From Nymphaea colorata (taxonomy: Eukaryota), in NCBI RefSeq assembly GCF_008831285.2, contig NC_045138.2:21328001-21392000 (forward strand): a stretch of 64,000 bases of DNA, given 5' to 3'. The notes below the pieces were generated by a model. The model did no database searches and was not told the DNA's origin. It saw only the letters and a program-made list of their open reading frames with translations. Both the position numbers and the translations under genes were made by a program. Positions 25,901-39,567 of this stretch are shown here, one piece after another; positions within the stretch are counted from its first letter, which is position 1, and every line of letters starts with the position of its first letter.

Positions 25901-28900
25901 TGGGCCGGGCCGGCTTAGTCGGGCTTTTGGGCGGGGCAGGCCGGGCCTGTTTCTCATTTCTTCTTTCTTCTCCTCCTTCTCGCAAGAGAAATCGACCGAG
26001 TGGTTGTGGTGGACAGTCCATTGGAATGCAAAATCTGGCGATGAAATGAAAAAATGATCGACTGGTTGCGATGATAACGAGAAGCGAGGGAGAGCGTGAT
26101 GAAGAGGCGGTAGCGAGGGAGAGGAGCGCGATGGAAGAAGCCTAACGGGCAGAAAAAAAAAATCGTTGAAAAAAAGTCGGACCTTTACGGTGATGGCGAC
26201 GGGTAGGACCGAAGGCTGACGGGGAGGACCGATGGCTGTGCAACGGCGACGGGAAGGACCAAAGGAGGCAGCCGAGGGCCGACGAGGAGGATGGGAGGAG
26301 GCAGTCTCGACGACGGAGATGAAACTTTAACAACAAAAAAGTCCAAAACCCTAGGCTACCTAAGTTCATTTTTGTAAAAAAAAAAAAAATACTATAATAG
26401 TAATGTCTGGCTTCTTGGGCCGCCGACGATCATAGCGGCAAGCCCGAGCCCGGCCCGTTATTTACCGGGCCGGGCCAAGCCCGATAAAAAAAACCCGAAA
26501 CTCAATTTTTCAAGGCCCGGGCCCGGGCCCGTGGCGGGCCGGGTACCGGCCCGATGCCCAAGCTTACTTGTGAAGTTTATAGGGAAAGAAGAGAAAGCAA
26601 AAATAAAGAAAAAGGGTTGTTCTTCTCAGTCAAGTCTTTCATTTAAGAAGAATTTAGTTGGCCAGAGGAGTTGTTGCAGGAAAAAGGAAATCTAGTGAGA
26701 GAAAAAAATCAGGAAAATTGATTAGAATATAGACATTAACAATTGAACTAGCTTAAAGAAATCCTTATCCCACACTATCACGGTTCCTTGTTAACACTAG
26801 AAATGCACACATGGACGAAGATTTATTCCTTTGACAGGTGACAAGTAGTCATCCTGGACCTACATTTACAAAATAGAGCATGAAAACGCCCACTTATATG
26901 AACTCCCAGTTTGCAGGTTTTCATTCAACTTTTCCTTCTTCTTTTTTTATTTGTTCTGCAATATGTCCAGTCAAAAAATTAATTTTTCTAGTTCCTGTTT
27001 TCCAGATCAGATTTACATTTTTAATATAGTATTTCATTCTCTTCAGCAATATCACTACCACTTCCTCCTATTGAGACATCTTTCTGGTTTCACACATGTG
27101 ATGGAGAAGTCCTTACAAGTCACATATCCATACAGTAATATAGCTATCAACTTTTGATGTCTTGTTTGACATGCATATTTGCCTCAACGACTCATTCCAT
27201 AAAATTTCTCCCATACAAGTTTCCACTACTGTGGCAAAGCCAATTTTCAAATTCAATATTTCTTGGTAGTTTAATTGACTATAAACCACATTGATTAATT
27301 ATTTTCAGCATGTGATGCGCTGCTTAACATATTATTAGATGCTTCTTTTGACATCAAAAGGGCAAGCATAAATTTCTCACTGATGCCCATCTCTCAGTGG
27401 CTGCTTAGCAGAAGCAGCCAAAACATTAGGTTCTATCAAAGTCTCCTGTCGTGGAAATCAAGATTTCAGTTTCATAGTAAGAAGATCAAAATGCACATGG
27501 ACGCATGGAAACCTTCTTAAAACACATGCATATCTATGCACTTCAAAAGGAAAATAATGAGAAAGCATATGAGATCATACATGCCATCATGCTTCCCAAG
27601 TGGCTCGTCATATTGCACGCCAATCCAAAAGCCAGGTGGAAGTGTTTCAGCCCTGCCAACAAATTTCACAACACCTCTTTTCTCCCCAGGCTCAACTTGA
27701 CATCTGTCTCCTACCTGGAAAAGTGTGAATTACTTTCAAATAATATCTAACATAATTTAGAAAGGGGAAATCAATCATTCATGGCAAAAAGACAAATTTG
27801 CTTGGAGAAACTTAATTTTTTTGAAGTATGCAATTTATTGAATGCAGAAGACACAATTGCAAACCTTGATAGCCACAGCAAGGTCCTCATAGTCATCCTT
27901 TACCTGTCAGCAAGTCATGTATGAAATACTGGTGTCAATCACATACACAAACTGATAGAAGCACCAATAGCCCATGTAGTGAAAAAAAATTTGTATGAAA
28001 CAATAGCATATGTTATGCAAAAGGGCATGATTACAGAATAAAAAATTATTGATAGTCACAAGCATACATTGTCTTCATTGGCTGTGGACATTTGTGGTGC
28101 CATTTTCTCCTTAAATTTTCTAAAAGTAACTGCAGCAGAGAATTGTTGCAAGTGGATAAGCCATTTTTACAAATTTCACCAACATGGCCAAATTTTCAGG
28201 AACAAAGAAAAAGAATATTTAGTGGCAATGCTATTCAAAATTAACAATATCAGAATCTAGTCCTATGATTTATACAACTACCAACAGTTTTCAGTTCACA
28301 AGGATGATAGTTTTCCTTTATAGAAAAAATATCATGCATAAAATATCTTCTCAACATATTGTCATAGTGAGGAAGAAATAATATTTTATAATAACCAAAT
28401 CCAAAATTTTTGCTGATATCAGTAACAAACATACTAAGCCCCTTTCCAAGGAAAGCAAGAAGCAGATACGAAAAGCCTAGAGTAAGAGGATAGCAATTTT
28501 TGGTAGTTAAGAGTTGTTTATACTTGTATTCTGAGGATTGCCTAGAGATTTTATCAAATTTGAAGTGATATAATTGTCCTTTTGACCATTCCACATGACT
28601 CAGAATGTATTGAAACATCATCTTATGCCCACAAAAAATGGGGATGCAGGCTTATTTTGTAAGTATTAGAAACAGAAAATGAGAGCAGATAGGGTGTAGG
28701 AGGAAAGGGGAATTATCCATATGAGGTTGATACTAGAAAAAAAAGAGACCCTTCTGTGCCACCCATAGCTTAAGCATATCCTATGTGTAGTCAAAATTAA
28801 CAAGAATGAAGTTGGCCCAGTAGTCACTAATCTGTTGTTCTGCACAAGATTTTCCACACAACTTTTTTAAGATGTGATTTTTCTCGGAAGTTTTAGGAGA

Positions 28901-31900
28901 ATTTCAAAGTTCTAAAATTTGAAAAGATATAAATAAGAAGGAAACGAGCTACAAGAAAATAAGTTTTTTTGCAATCTCTCATGCAAGAAAAAAAAAAGTA
29001 CAAGTAGAAAATTTTATAAACATAAAAGAAACAAAAAGGAACATTCATAAATATAAAAATATAAAAGAGATTTTTTGAAAATCAAAGAGAATATAAAGAA
29101 TATCATGGGAAAACATCTTGCAATAATACCACAAAATCTCATTATCTGCAAATCTTAAAATACTGTGACTAATTTGCTGATATTATCAGATGTCTTCAAA
29201 GTGGTAAAAATTTTGTAACATTTCAATATGAATAATGTCATGACTATGCTTAGCTCCATTAAGGCTAATACATTTGTCTTGATCTTTCCTAAACGTGTTA
29301 CTGCCCAACCTTTTCTAAAAGAAACCTTGTTATACAACAGGGATTGCATCCACGATATTAACTCTAAAGATGGGACATGTTACTGAAGCTCCAGTAGAAT
29401 TGACAATGAACACAGGACATGTTACTGTAGCTCTACTTAAAGTGTGCTAATTTAGGCCCAAGTACAGCTGCAGGACAGCCAAATCAGAGTCCAAAACCTC
29501 ATCAAACAGCGGAATGGATGTGGAAACGCCTGACTGAGACTGTGCATATTAATAGGTCGTGCCATAGAAAACCTCAAGGCAATCCCATTTTCATACTTGC
29601 TGTCAGCCAAGCAACTGAACTCAAGGCCATGAGTGCAAGCTGTGTTTCAAGGAGAAAGTAATGCCACAAGCTTTGTGGACCATAATTAACCACAATTACC
29701 AATATCTCCAACAATTGAGAATACCCTGATATTTCAAAACATTGTTAAAAACAAAAATACCACAGGTCCACAATATGATTGCAATATTAGATATTCCTAA
29801 TATTTTCCTGAGACATTGAAAGTTCTTTTCTGTAAATTTCAAGTACGCAACTTTTTTCCTTGTTCTTCTTTATGTTTTCAAAAGGTTTTTCTACTTGTTT
29901 TCTTTATATTTTTGCAAGAAAAAAAACCCAAAAAATATACCTTCCCATAATCTTTTTGTTTGTTTTTTCATTTCCCAAGTTTTAAAATTTCTGAAATTTT
30001 CCTGATAATTTCCTAACAAAAACCATGTCTCAAAAAATTTGAGAAACTCGAGGTTGGGTTATCCGGAAAAATCTGGTTTAACCCAACCTCGAGTTCCGTT
30101 ATACCTTATAGTGTGTTTTTTCAATGCTTTAACCATGTCCTGGGTTCCAAATAAGTATACTCCCACTATAATGAAACTCGAGGTTGGGTTAAGATGAATA
30201 TGTGTCATGGCCTGATAGGGATAGGTCAATACTTGGTGGGATGCAGTAGCTCTAAATAAAAATTAGATGACATACAAAGGAGTATTTGAACTAATGAAAA
30301 TTTTCCTTGTTTCTTGGTTTCTTATTTTTCTTCCCCACTCTCTCATTCTCAAGCAACTGCACTTGGACATGTGTGTGAGAGATGCAAAAGGCTTCTATGA
30401 CAATGACAATGATCACAATTATGAAAGACAGGAAAGTATTAGAAGGAAATCCAAGAAAACAAAAGTAACATAAACATGAGTTATACGCCAAGCTTCCTGG
30501 GCGGCAGGAGATAAGTTCTCCAATCTGGAACAAAAGAAAAAAAAAAAGGTGAAAGAACTCCAAATAGATGTGATGTTCAAACAATCAGCCCTCTTAACAT
30601 GTATTTGAGAATTAATGATACCATTTGCAGTGTGCCATTTATCATACTAAAACACTGGCTGTAAGTTCCGCTGGCAGTTTACGTTCCATAGAAAGCTCAT
30701 AATACACTGAAGGTGAAATTATCTTAGCAGGTTTGTGCTGTTAAAATAGAAAGAATATGCCTCTCCAACAAGCATATAACCAAATAAAATCCTTAAAATA
30801 GGCAAGCCAAAAAGGGAGCATACAGCCGAGTTTGTCATAAGCTTCTTCCGAAATTGTGTATTTTTCCACCGCTGAAGTATCCTCCAACCAGCCTCCAGCT
30901 GTCACTGAAGAAGGGTCAAGGTCTATGATATGCAACCTATACCTGTAAATTTTTGTCAGAAAATAATCATCAGATGGCTGAACTTTGAAGTGGCATACAC
31001 ATGTAATAGTACCAGTTTCAAAGTAATGGAAGCATAGTCATTAGTCACACATATCTCCGATGATTTGAATAGATCCTATTATTATTGTCATCTTTGGCAA
31101 AGTATCCAGATAGTTTCAAAATATTAACAAAAGAAAAAAAGGATGTCACAATATTATCATGATATTATCCCAAGAAATTCTCGATATTTTTCCAGTCTTT
31201 CATGAACTCCCTTTTTTCATATTTTCAAGCATGTAATTTTTTGTTTTTGAAAAGCTTTTCTGCTTTTTTATATTTTGAGTTCTATTCAAACTTTTTATTT
31301 TTTCTTTATATTTTCTAATTTTAAAACTTCTGAAATTTTCTCAATATTTTCCCGAGAAAATAAAAAAGGACCAAAAAAAAGTTTGCAGAGAGCAATATTG
31401 GCAACTAGGTATGAAGGAAAAAGGAAAATCTTCAGATACACAAATCCGAGGGAAGGAAACTCAAACAACAACAGGGTATCCATGAAAGCTATACTACAAA
31501 AGAGGAGACACTATAGTGTAAAGTGAAAAATTAGAATGCCAGTCACGTGCCTGATTTTATTAAGAGAAGCTTAGCAATAAAATTATGGCCTTCCTACGTA
31601 AAAATGGTAGATAAAACCAACAATTGAACAGAAAAAAACATCATCAAAAGCATAATTCATTGCAAAATACATTATTCCTATTAGTATAAGATGTAGAAAG
31701 AAAAATGCAACATCAAAAGGTAAGAAGACCAAGGACAATTCAAGAAAAAGAAACATTTCATCGTTCAAAATTAGCAGAAGCATTGTGATACTTGTGAAAC
31801 AAAAACAGATAGCAGTTTCAAGTTCAGAGGCGGGGAGGAGATCAAGTTAGACTGATTTAAATGGCAGAGAGCCAGTACCATTTATAAGGCCACAACCGGT

Positions 31901-33048
31901 GTTGACCAAATTTCCTAGTACCACTATTATTACTTCAATGGAGCATAACATGGATTATGCTATACTACATTCCCTGCAATAACATCCTTTTTACCACCTC
32001 TACTATTTGGAGTCCAGGGAAAACATCGGTTCACAGGGTTGAGCTGTAGTCAATATTCACAACTGCATTATTAAATTTAGGAAATAAAAAGAATCAGCTG
32101 AATATTAGGCAAGAAAGTAGAACTATAAAGAATTAAAAAAGGATGCACTCAGACAGGATATGCAGTAAATGATTGTGCCGGTGGGAAAAAAGAAAAAGGA
32201 TGTTTATAAAGCTAACTAGGCTACCATCACTATTCACATACTTGATTTTAAAGCACACCGTCCAAAAAAGGTGGAAATTTTGAGGCTTAATTGCAAAAGG
32301 ACAAGCAATGGAAATGGGCTTCCAACTACTAAACAAAAACAACTAAAGAACGATTAGAAAAAGAAAAAAACATGAAAGGATAAGAGGTTACCTAAAACTA
32401 ATGAAACAAATAACCCCATTCTTATTTCTTACTGTAAAAATTGAAAAGAACATCGATTTTAATCAATCATGGACATCCGCGACGATACGATTCTGAGGAA
32501 AAAGGATAAACAAGAACGTCAATGAGGAGATTAAAGTTCAGGAGAATTAGTACGGAATCCCGTCGAATATGCAAGACAAATATCGATCGCGTGGCCGATC
32601 AAGTGGCACAGGGGATTAGCATTAGAAACGGCAGTCCATAATCAATGCTCATCAGAGTAGGAGCAATAAAAAAGACAAACAAAAAAGACGCGGCCTATTC
32701 AGTACTACATTCAAAGCTTAAAGACAGCTGACACGATCAGGGGATCGAAAGAAAACTAGAAGAAAAACTAGTCGAGGAAGAGAAAACCACCCACCCATCA
32801 CGGGGAGAGTAGAAACCAAGGGGCCTCTGATTGTCAGAAAGGTCGCAGACTTTCTGGCCGGCGTCGTCGTAGAGTTGGAGGGACATGGAGTCAACGGAAG
32901 TGCCGGTCTTCCTCCAAAGCTTCTCCTTGACGGATTCGATGGTGCTCTGCAGGGAGAAGCGGACGTCGGCTGCGAAATGAGAGAGGTTGGAGTGGGTCAC
33001 TCGAAGAAAGACGGTCTCGTCCACCTCCACGTGTAGAAGAGAAGCCAT
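22916..33048 (-). CDS. TFCB: Tubulin-folding cofactor B (UBL + CAP-Gly), 241 aa
   Basis: 7 exons, GT-AG, phase-consistent: 33048-32795, 30942-30824, 28129-28068, 27903-27865, 27714-27581, 23965-23896, 22963-22916 (726 nt). Motifs LRVTHSNL, LGFYSPRDGYRLHIIDLDPSSVTAGGWLEDTSAVEKYTISEEAY, CAP-Gly VGDRCQVEPGEKRGVVKFVG...[25 protein letters not shown], and C-terminus GDYPERDPFEEDEI*. Confidence 0.95.
24445..25015. repeat. Long imperfect inverted repeat (foldback) in TFCB intron 5
   Basis: Arms about 24445-24705 and 24755-25015. Exact 22-bp match AAACCCATATTACAAATTTGTA / TACAAATTTGTAATATGGGTTT; also CTAAACCAGCC / GGCTGGTTTAG and CCATCCAACCAA / TTGGTTGGATGG in colinear order. Confidence 0.85.
25692..26566. 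mobile_element. Non-autonomous hAT element (GGCCC-repeat family) in TFCB intron 5
   Basis: TIRs TAGGGCTGGGCATCGGGCCGG / CCGGCCCGATGCCCAAGCTTA; perfect 8-bp TSD CTTGTGAA on both sides; internal 72-bp tandem duplication (25764 and 25836). Confidence 0.93.
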
Positions 33049-35060
33049 GGCTCCTCCTTCCTTTCTCCTCGCTGTTGCTTCCACCGCCGCCGCTGGTTCC
33101 GTTCTCCTCCTCTCAACAAGGCTCAGAGCAAAAGGATCTCTGTGCGTCCGTCACGGTCTGCTTGTCCCTTACTTTTCGAAGCATTTTCATGGTCTCTGGT
33201 GATTTTCATTTTAGATCCTATGTTTTTAAAGCAAATCGAAAGTTTTAGATACATAAAAGGCAGTGGTTCCTTGTTCCGAACAGTTGCGGATGGCAAAGAA
33301 GTCGTCATTAACAAAAAAACACGATAAATCGCTCAAAAGGTTGCTATTAACCGTTGCCATACTATAACCCATCCCTAATGTGAAATTAAGAACTACTTTT
33401 TAATGTCAAATTTCATTCCTAATGTCAACTTAAGAAATTTTTTTCACGATAAATTCAAACTTTAACCATCCAGGAAAAGCATTGATCTTCCTACACACAC
33501 ATATGTATATATAGTAATTGGTAAATAGTAAACCATTTGGGTAACCGATAAAATCCAACCATCTTAAATTTGTCTTAAAAGTATTTTAAATAAAATGTGA
33601 ACCTTTTAATATATTCATAAAAACTAATTTTATACAAATAACGTTTTAGTTTAAGGTATTTTTGAAAAAAAAAATCTTTCCTACTATCAAAAACATTGGT
33701 AATATAAAAATTGACTAACTTAATATATGTTTATCACCAAATCACTCTTAATATTATATCTATAAGATTAGAATCTAGAAGAAATATTTTAATGATTAAC
33801 TTTAATGAGTATGTTTTTTGTTCCTTAAGTGGTTTGGTAGAGAGAGTAAATGATGATTCTAGTTATCTATACTCTCCTACCCATCTAACCAAGGCAATTT
33901 ATCTAAAGGGTTGAAGAAAAACAATGAGAAAAAGTGTAAATTAATACTAGAGTTGAAAACAACCATCACATTTTTCCTATATGGTGCAAACTATATGGTT
34001 GGGTGACTTTAAAAAGCTAGTCACCATTCAATTTTCCTATATATATATATATATATATATATATAACTGAAGTTGTTGGTTTATCTACACATGATTTGAA
34101 AAAATAATTTTTGGACAATAGCCATTGAGTTTATAAAAGATAAAAAAAAGTTGCTTATTTCAAGTTGTTCGACGGCAAATATTAGTGGTGCTACTTACGG
34201 CAAAAATTTGCATTGCAATGAAGCTGAACCAAGTCCAGCTACAATTGGTGCATATACCAGATCAGGTTGGTGATTCAAGTATCCCTTCAGCCAAAAAGTT
34301 TCATCTCTGGCACTATCCACAAGCTTTATCTTCCAAATTAATTCTAAATTTACAATGCAAAACATATTAAAATAATACCTCAAAGTTCACATGGGATTTT
34401 GCATCTTAATCTACAAGAAATCTGGTATTGTTTTGAAAATTCTTAAAAAGTACTTTTGATTCTTAGATTGAAGCCAAATAAGATGTGGACATTCAAGATG
34501 AAAGTCATTGGCACAAGTGTTTCATATTTTTCAATTACAAAAAAACAAAAGAGTCGGTTATCTTACCCGTATGTCCTACAAAATACCAAATAGTGGGGGA
34601 AAAGCACTTGTCATTTAGGCATGATTATTCTTCTACTAATAAATTTTTATCCACTTTTACCTTCAACGTTGATTTGATAAACACTTTGTCACCGTCAAGT
34701 TTGGAAAACCAATCTGCTTTTGAGTTTCTATTTAACAGAAATCCAGATCGATGATGAATTTATTTGAGAATCTTTGTATACACATGCTATCTTTTGGTCC
34801 CTTGCAACTCCAAGCCAGTCCCCAAACCATGTGCTTTCATGGGTTGTAGGTCTTCTTATAAAAGGTATTATGGGTTGTAAACTGAACTCAACAAGAGTTC
34901 ATCTATATTTTGAGACACATAATGTTTGATTAACAGTTGTTTCGTATTAGCTAGAATAAAAGAACTGGTTACCTACCAACACATGGACTCAACACATGGA
35001 CTCAGTCTGAGTCGGAAGAGCTCTACGCAAAGGGGGCATTCAGCAATAGGAACACATATT

Positions 35061-35207
35061 TAAGCCTGGGCATCGGGCTGGCCCGGCCTGACTCAAAAAA
35101 ACACGAGCCCGAAAAAAAAATCATTATTGGCATCGGGCCGGCCCGTATGTGCTAGCCCGATAACAAGCCCGGCCAGCCCGGATCATGTTTTCCCGGGCCC
35201 AGGCTTA
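35061..35207. mobile_element. Small hAT MITE related to the 25692 element
   Basis: TIRs TAAGCCTGGGC / GCCCAGGCTTA; TSD CACATATT / CACATAAT (7/8). Confidence 0.85.
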
Positions 35208-35484
35208 CACATAATGTTCTATAGATGTCAATTGGCATTAGGAACATTCACATGTTCTTCTTAATGTGAAATAGCCCCAATTGAACTGTTTTGAAACAAT
35301 AACATGCTGTTTCTGTTGCCTATTGCTTCATGAATCTGACCCAAACAACGAGGCCGATTTGTAGAACATTACAACAAGTGTTCCATGAGTTTGCCATGTG
35401 ATTTAACGGTGATTCATGAAACAGTAATAGTGTGCTACTGTTGCCAAACTACCCTATTAATAGGAGGTATAACTTTTCTGTTAT

Positions 35485-36534
35485 AATTCTAAGCACGATC
35501 GAGCCTTAATATTTTTTTTTATTTTATAGAGACTTTCCTATTGCCAGTGGCCAAAAGAACATCTAGCTAGACCGTTTAGACAACATGCTTTTCTATCTGT
35601 TGCTTAGAGTCTTCCTTCTTGGATTATTTAATTAGGTGAGGAAAGAGTTGCAGGTTTCAAGGGTGGCTACTTCATTGGAAGGATTAGAGATTGTGAAATT
35701 TAAACACAAAACAGCAATGTCAAACACTTTTATTTAGGAGGAAGACAAACAGTACACTGACATCGCCACCACTGAAGGGGAAGGGTATTGCTGTTGCCTC
35801 ACAGTCAGAGTAGCAGGAAGATAGACTGACATTAACTGGCCTCCAATTGACGCCTCAGTTGAAGATGCATGGAGTAATAGTACTATTAGCTACTTCTGTT
35901 AATTGGAGCTCCTGAACTCTGTGAGTAAAAGGAATGCCCAACGTAAATTGACATGAAATAAGACAAATAAAGAAATTTTATGTCAGTTACAGACGTTGTA
36001 AATTGTGCCAATATTTTTATTTATTGTTTAATTTGAAACCAAAATAGGTAATAGTGATTGAATTATTTTCTTGATGCAGAATTATGAAGCATCACTGACG
36101 AGAAACTCATGTAAGCGGCACCAAAAAGCCTGTATTTTACTGACATGAACTGTGTGTCATGTCACTCTTACTCAGTTTGCGCTAATATAATGTTAATAAA
36201 ACTGTGCTTGCTAACTTTTGAGCGTGGATATTGTGGATGAGTGTTGACGCCTGGGTGGCGTCACAAAGGTTATGGTTATAGATGGATGCAGGATTCGTTT
36301 GGTGAAGCCTTCAGTGTCGCTAGTTTCAATTGAGTGATATTACTCGAATGTCAATGAATGTTAATTTTCCTCTATGGACTTGTCAACTTGAAAGGGTAAT
36401 GTTGAGAAGCATAAATTTTCATGTGTTTCCAGATGAATGATTTTAACTCTAGCTAGATGCTCTTTTGGCCACTGGCAATAGGAAAGTCTCTATAAAATAA
36501 AAAAAAATATTAAGGCTCGATCGTGCTTAGAATT
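35485..36534. repeat. 87-bp near-perfect inverted repeat pair enclosing about 876 bp
   Basis: 35485-35571 is the reverse complement of 36448-36534 with one mismatch; both inner ends are the palindrome TCTAGCTAGA. Confidence 0.95.
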
Positions 36535-39408
36535 TTAGGTCACCATAAGCAGTTTACGTGTGCGATAAAGGAACTTGAAGTTGCAAATTTAGGAACTTCA
36601 TAGCAGACCACTGTAAATTAATCTGTTCACATAGTATTAGAATGCGATAGAGTTGCAAGATTGAGCGGATCACTAGTTGTCAAATTGAACAACAGCTCAA
36701 AGTTTAGATTCACTTGGTCCTAAGTTCAAGGTTCACAAGCTAAAATACCAAGTACCTTGCATATGCAAACCTAACTGGAACATATTTCACCTGTAGATAT
36801 GTTTTGCAAAGCACAAATATGACAAAAATTTATCTATAGTAACTAACTCTTTAGTCATATACTTGGTATAATCCATTCATGTGGATTGGGAAGCATGTTA
36901 TGCCTACATTCTGACATTGTAGTCCAAGAAACAAAACATTAAATCTCCATATACAATTGGCATTGAAATCATGTTCTTCATTTGATAAACTTTCCACAAG
37001 AATTATCCCAAAAGTTTTGCGTATCCTTTACCTCATGCCTGTACAGTCTACGGAATTAAGTAGCAGAACCCTTGAAGTAGACAAAATAGAAAACATTGAA
37101 AGAATACAGAATACAAGCCATGAAGAGAAGAAACTAAAGTTAACTTCAAAAACTTATTGCTATATTTACATGGTAGACCAGACGCGAACAACTATAACAA
37201 TCACAAAGAGCAATCATAGCAGTTAGAAGATTTGATAGGTGAAATAAAGCAAGTGTTTCCTAATTGACACACCTGAGTTCATCCAAGAGCATCAAACTAA
37301 CTTCAAGTTTTGTTCTCAGGGACGCACCTTCTTCCAAAGTAGGGTTAAGCTTCGAGTCAGTCTCATTGTATTCATTTTTCATGTCTATTCAAAGCCTACT
37401 TCTCCGTTCTGTAATTAGTGTCTTTGCCACTTTGGAAGCGCCATTGAATTTTTCAGTAGCATCAACTTACTGTGAAACTACTTCAGGGTTATCATCTAAT
37501 TTATCACTTGTGCCAATTGCTATTTTCCCTCCAAATTGCTTTGATGTTACATAAAATCTACGTATACACAAGTACAGAAGAATACTTATGCAACTATGGA
37601 ATGTATTGATCTCATCTCAACCGTCACCTGCTGGCCATCAGACAAACCCACATAAGCGTCGTTCTTCAACATATCTCTAACAGCCAGATGCATGGCCTTG
37701 CTTGTGAATCTAGTAAATCATTTAACTCCAGTTCAAATTACAAGCAAGATTTTGGATCGAATATGGAGTTCAATGAAAGGAATCATCTCTAGAAACACTT
37801 GTTAATGATAAGTACTGTCAAAGAACAAGACTGTAGCATACACCATCTCCATTGCTGCACTTGATTCTAAAAGTTGGATTCATGTTCCTTTTAGTGTGGT
37901 ATAATAGCTTCATAAACAGCATATGAATGAAGAAAGTAATTACTACTCAGTCTTCATGGTCACATGCTGAGTTGATGGCAGCTGAAGTCATTTTAGAGTG
38001 GTTGCTACTTGATAAGCTTGAGGATTTGCTAAGGAGAAATCATTCTTGAAGTCATTCCATAGCTGCTGTGAAGAATTCTTCTGCCTCCTGGGGCTGCATC
38101 AAGGATATTGCTGATCAAAAAGCAGCCATCGTTGACATTATTTTTCCTTTCACCACTGAATGCATCTTATCAATAACTTTCCTTGGCTACATAAAATTGG
38201 GTATTCATTGTGGTACCTTTTCCACTGTTACACTGAGAAAAAGAACAAGAATGTCGCTTCCTTCATTTTACACTGATAAATATGAAAGTTTCTTTAAATG
38301 AATTGATAGGACATTTTTACTGATGTGAATGGGTTCATAATTTTATATGTTGCAGACTGTGGTTCCTATGGAATTGTGAACACGCCCACTGCATATATAG
38401 ATTACGTTGTAGAAGCCTCATGTTGTTTGGTGTTGTCAAATGTCAATTACGGGCGAAATCCTGTCAGATCCAGGACGGCTAGATGTAGTGAAAATCAGGT
38501 TGTATTCAGATCTAGAACACCCAAAAATGACAAGGCATGATTAGAAGATCATATAGGCACATTGATGTCATTCCCTGTCTGCAACCTGATCGAGGCTTTC
38601 TTCAACACCTGTAATCTGCCAGTAGTATGAAATTTACTGATTCATGATAATTCTTTGATGTTCGTAATGGAATTCTAATTGCTGATTTCTGCACATGTAA
38701 GAACTTCTGTGGATATTTTTCCTATCATGGCTTAGGTTCTTTTTTCTATATGGAAGAGATTCTATGGTTTAATAATTTAATGTATTGATGTGGTTCCTGT
38801 TACAGCGTCACTCTATTTCCCTACCACGAGCAGGAGCAACATACAAGCTCAGACAAATTTTGGATACTAAATGATGTTGATGAGTACATTTTACACGACC
38901 ATAGTGCTAAACAAGAGCGAATAATGTGTCGACTGAGTCTCTGTAGATGTTGCTAAACACGAAATTAAAGTCATATTATCGAATCCATATCAGTAAATCA
39001 CTTGAAACAGTACTAGGTAGGAAGAAAAATAAAGAAACTGGGTTTTATTTCGAAAAAATCAATTGAATTTTGTATATATTGAAAGAATAGCAGGTTTCTA
39101 TTATTGCTTCAAAGGTTGAACATGCTTTTTTGTGAAATATTCATCTACAAGCATATGAAAAGACCTATTTCTCATGAAAGTTGTTAAATAAAGAATTGCC
39201 GTTTAAACTAAAAACACAAAAAAAATGTAGCTAAAACAATGAGAACTTTTTTTTTCTGTTGTTTGGGTTCGGCAACTTTCGGAGTGTCCAGAAGATTTTT
39301 TTTCTTTTCAAATTAAGAACCAAAAAAAAAAATGAAGTTGAACTTTCTCCAATTTCTTTAGGTACTAAAGACCAAAAACAAACACGTTGTTTATTATGGC
39401 ATTTTACC

Positions 39409-39567
39409 TACGACAGTGAAATACTATAATGAATAAGATTACGGTCGTCCTATAGTCACAAATGGAATGCCGTAACACCTCAGTTGCCTACTTACGACAA
39501 TGAAATACTATAATGAATAAGATTACGATCGTTTTACAGTCACAAATGGAATGCCGTAACACCTCAG
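39409..39567. repeat. 84-bp tandem duplication
   Basis: TACGACARTGAAATACTATAATGAATAAGATTACG...GTCACAAATGGAATGCCGTAACACCTCAGT at 39409 and 39493. Confidence 0.9.

Larger units (their letters stand above)
34195..38610 (-). pseudogene. Decayed multi-exon gene relic of unknown family, possibly transposon-associated
   Basis: Splice-site-bounded segments with codon-like frames and stops, mostly in the form expected from C-to-T changes: about 38230-37950 (VTVEKVPQ*IPNFM*PRKVIDKMHSVVKGKIMSTMAAF*SAISLMQPQEAEEFFTAAME*LQE*FLLSK), 37710-37628, 37557-37273 (coiled-coil-like ...LRTKLEVSLMLLDELR) and 34345-34200. Confidence 0.4.

Noticed and set aside
25654..26369. Arg/Gly/Pro-rich ORFs
   Set aside because: Artefacts of GGCCC repeats in a TSD-flanked hAT element.
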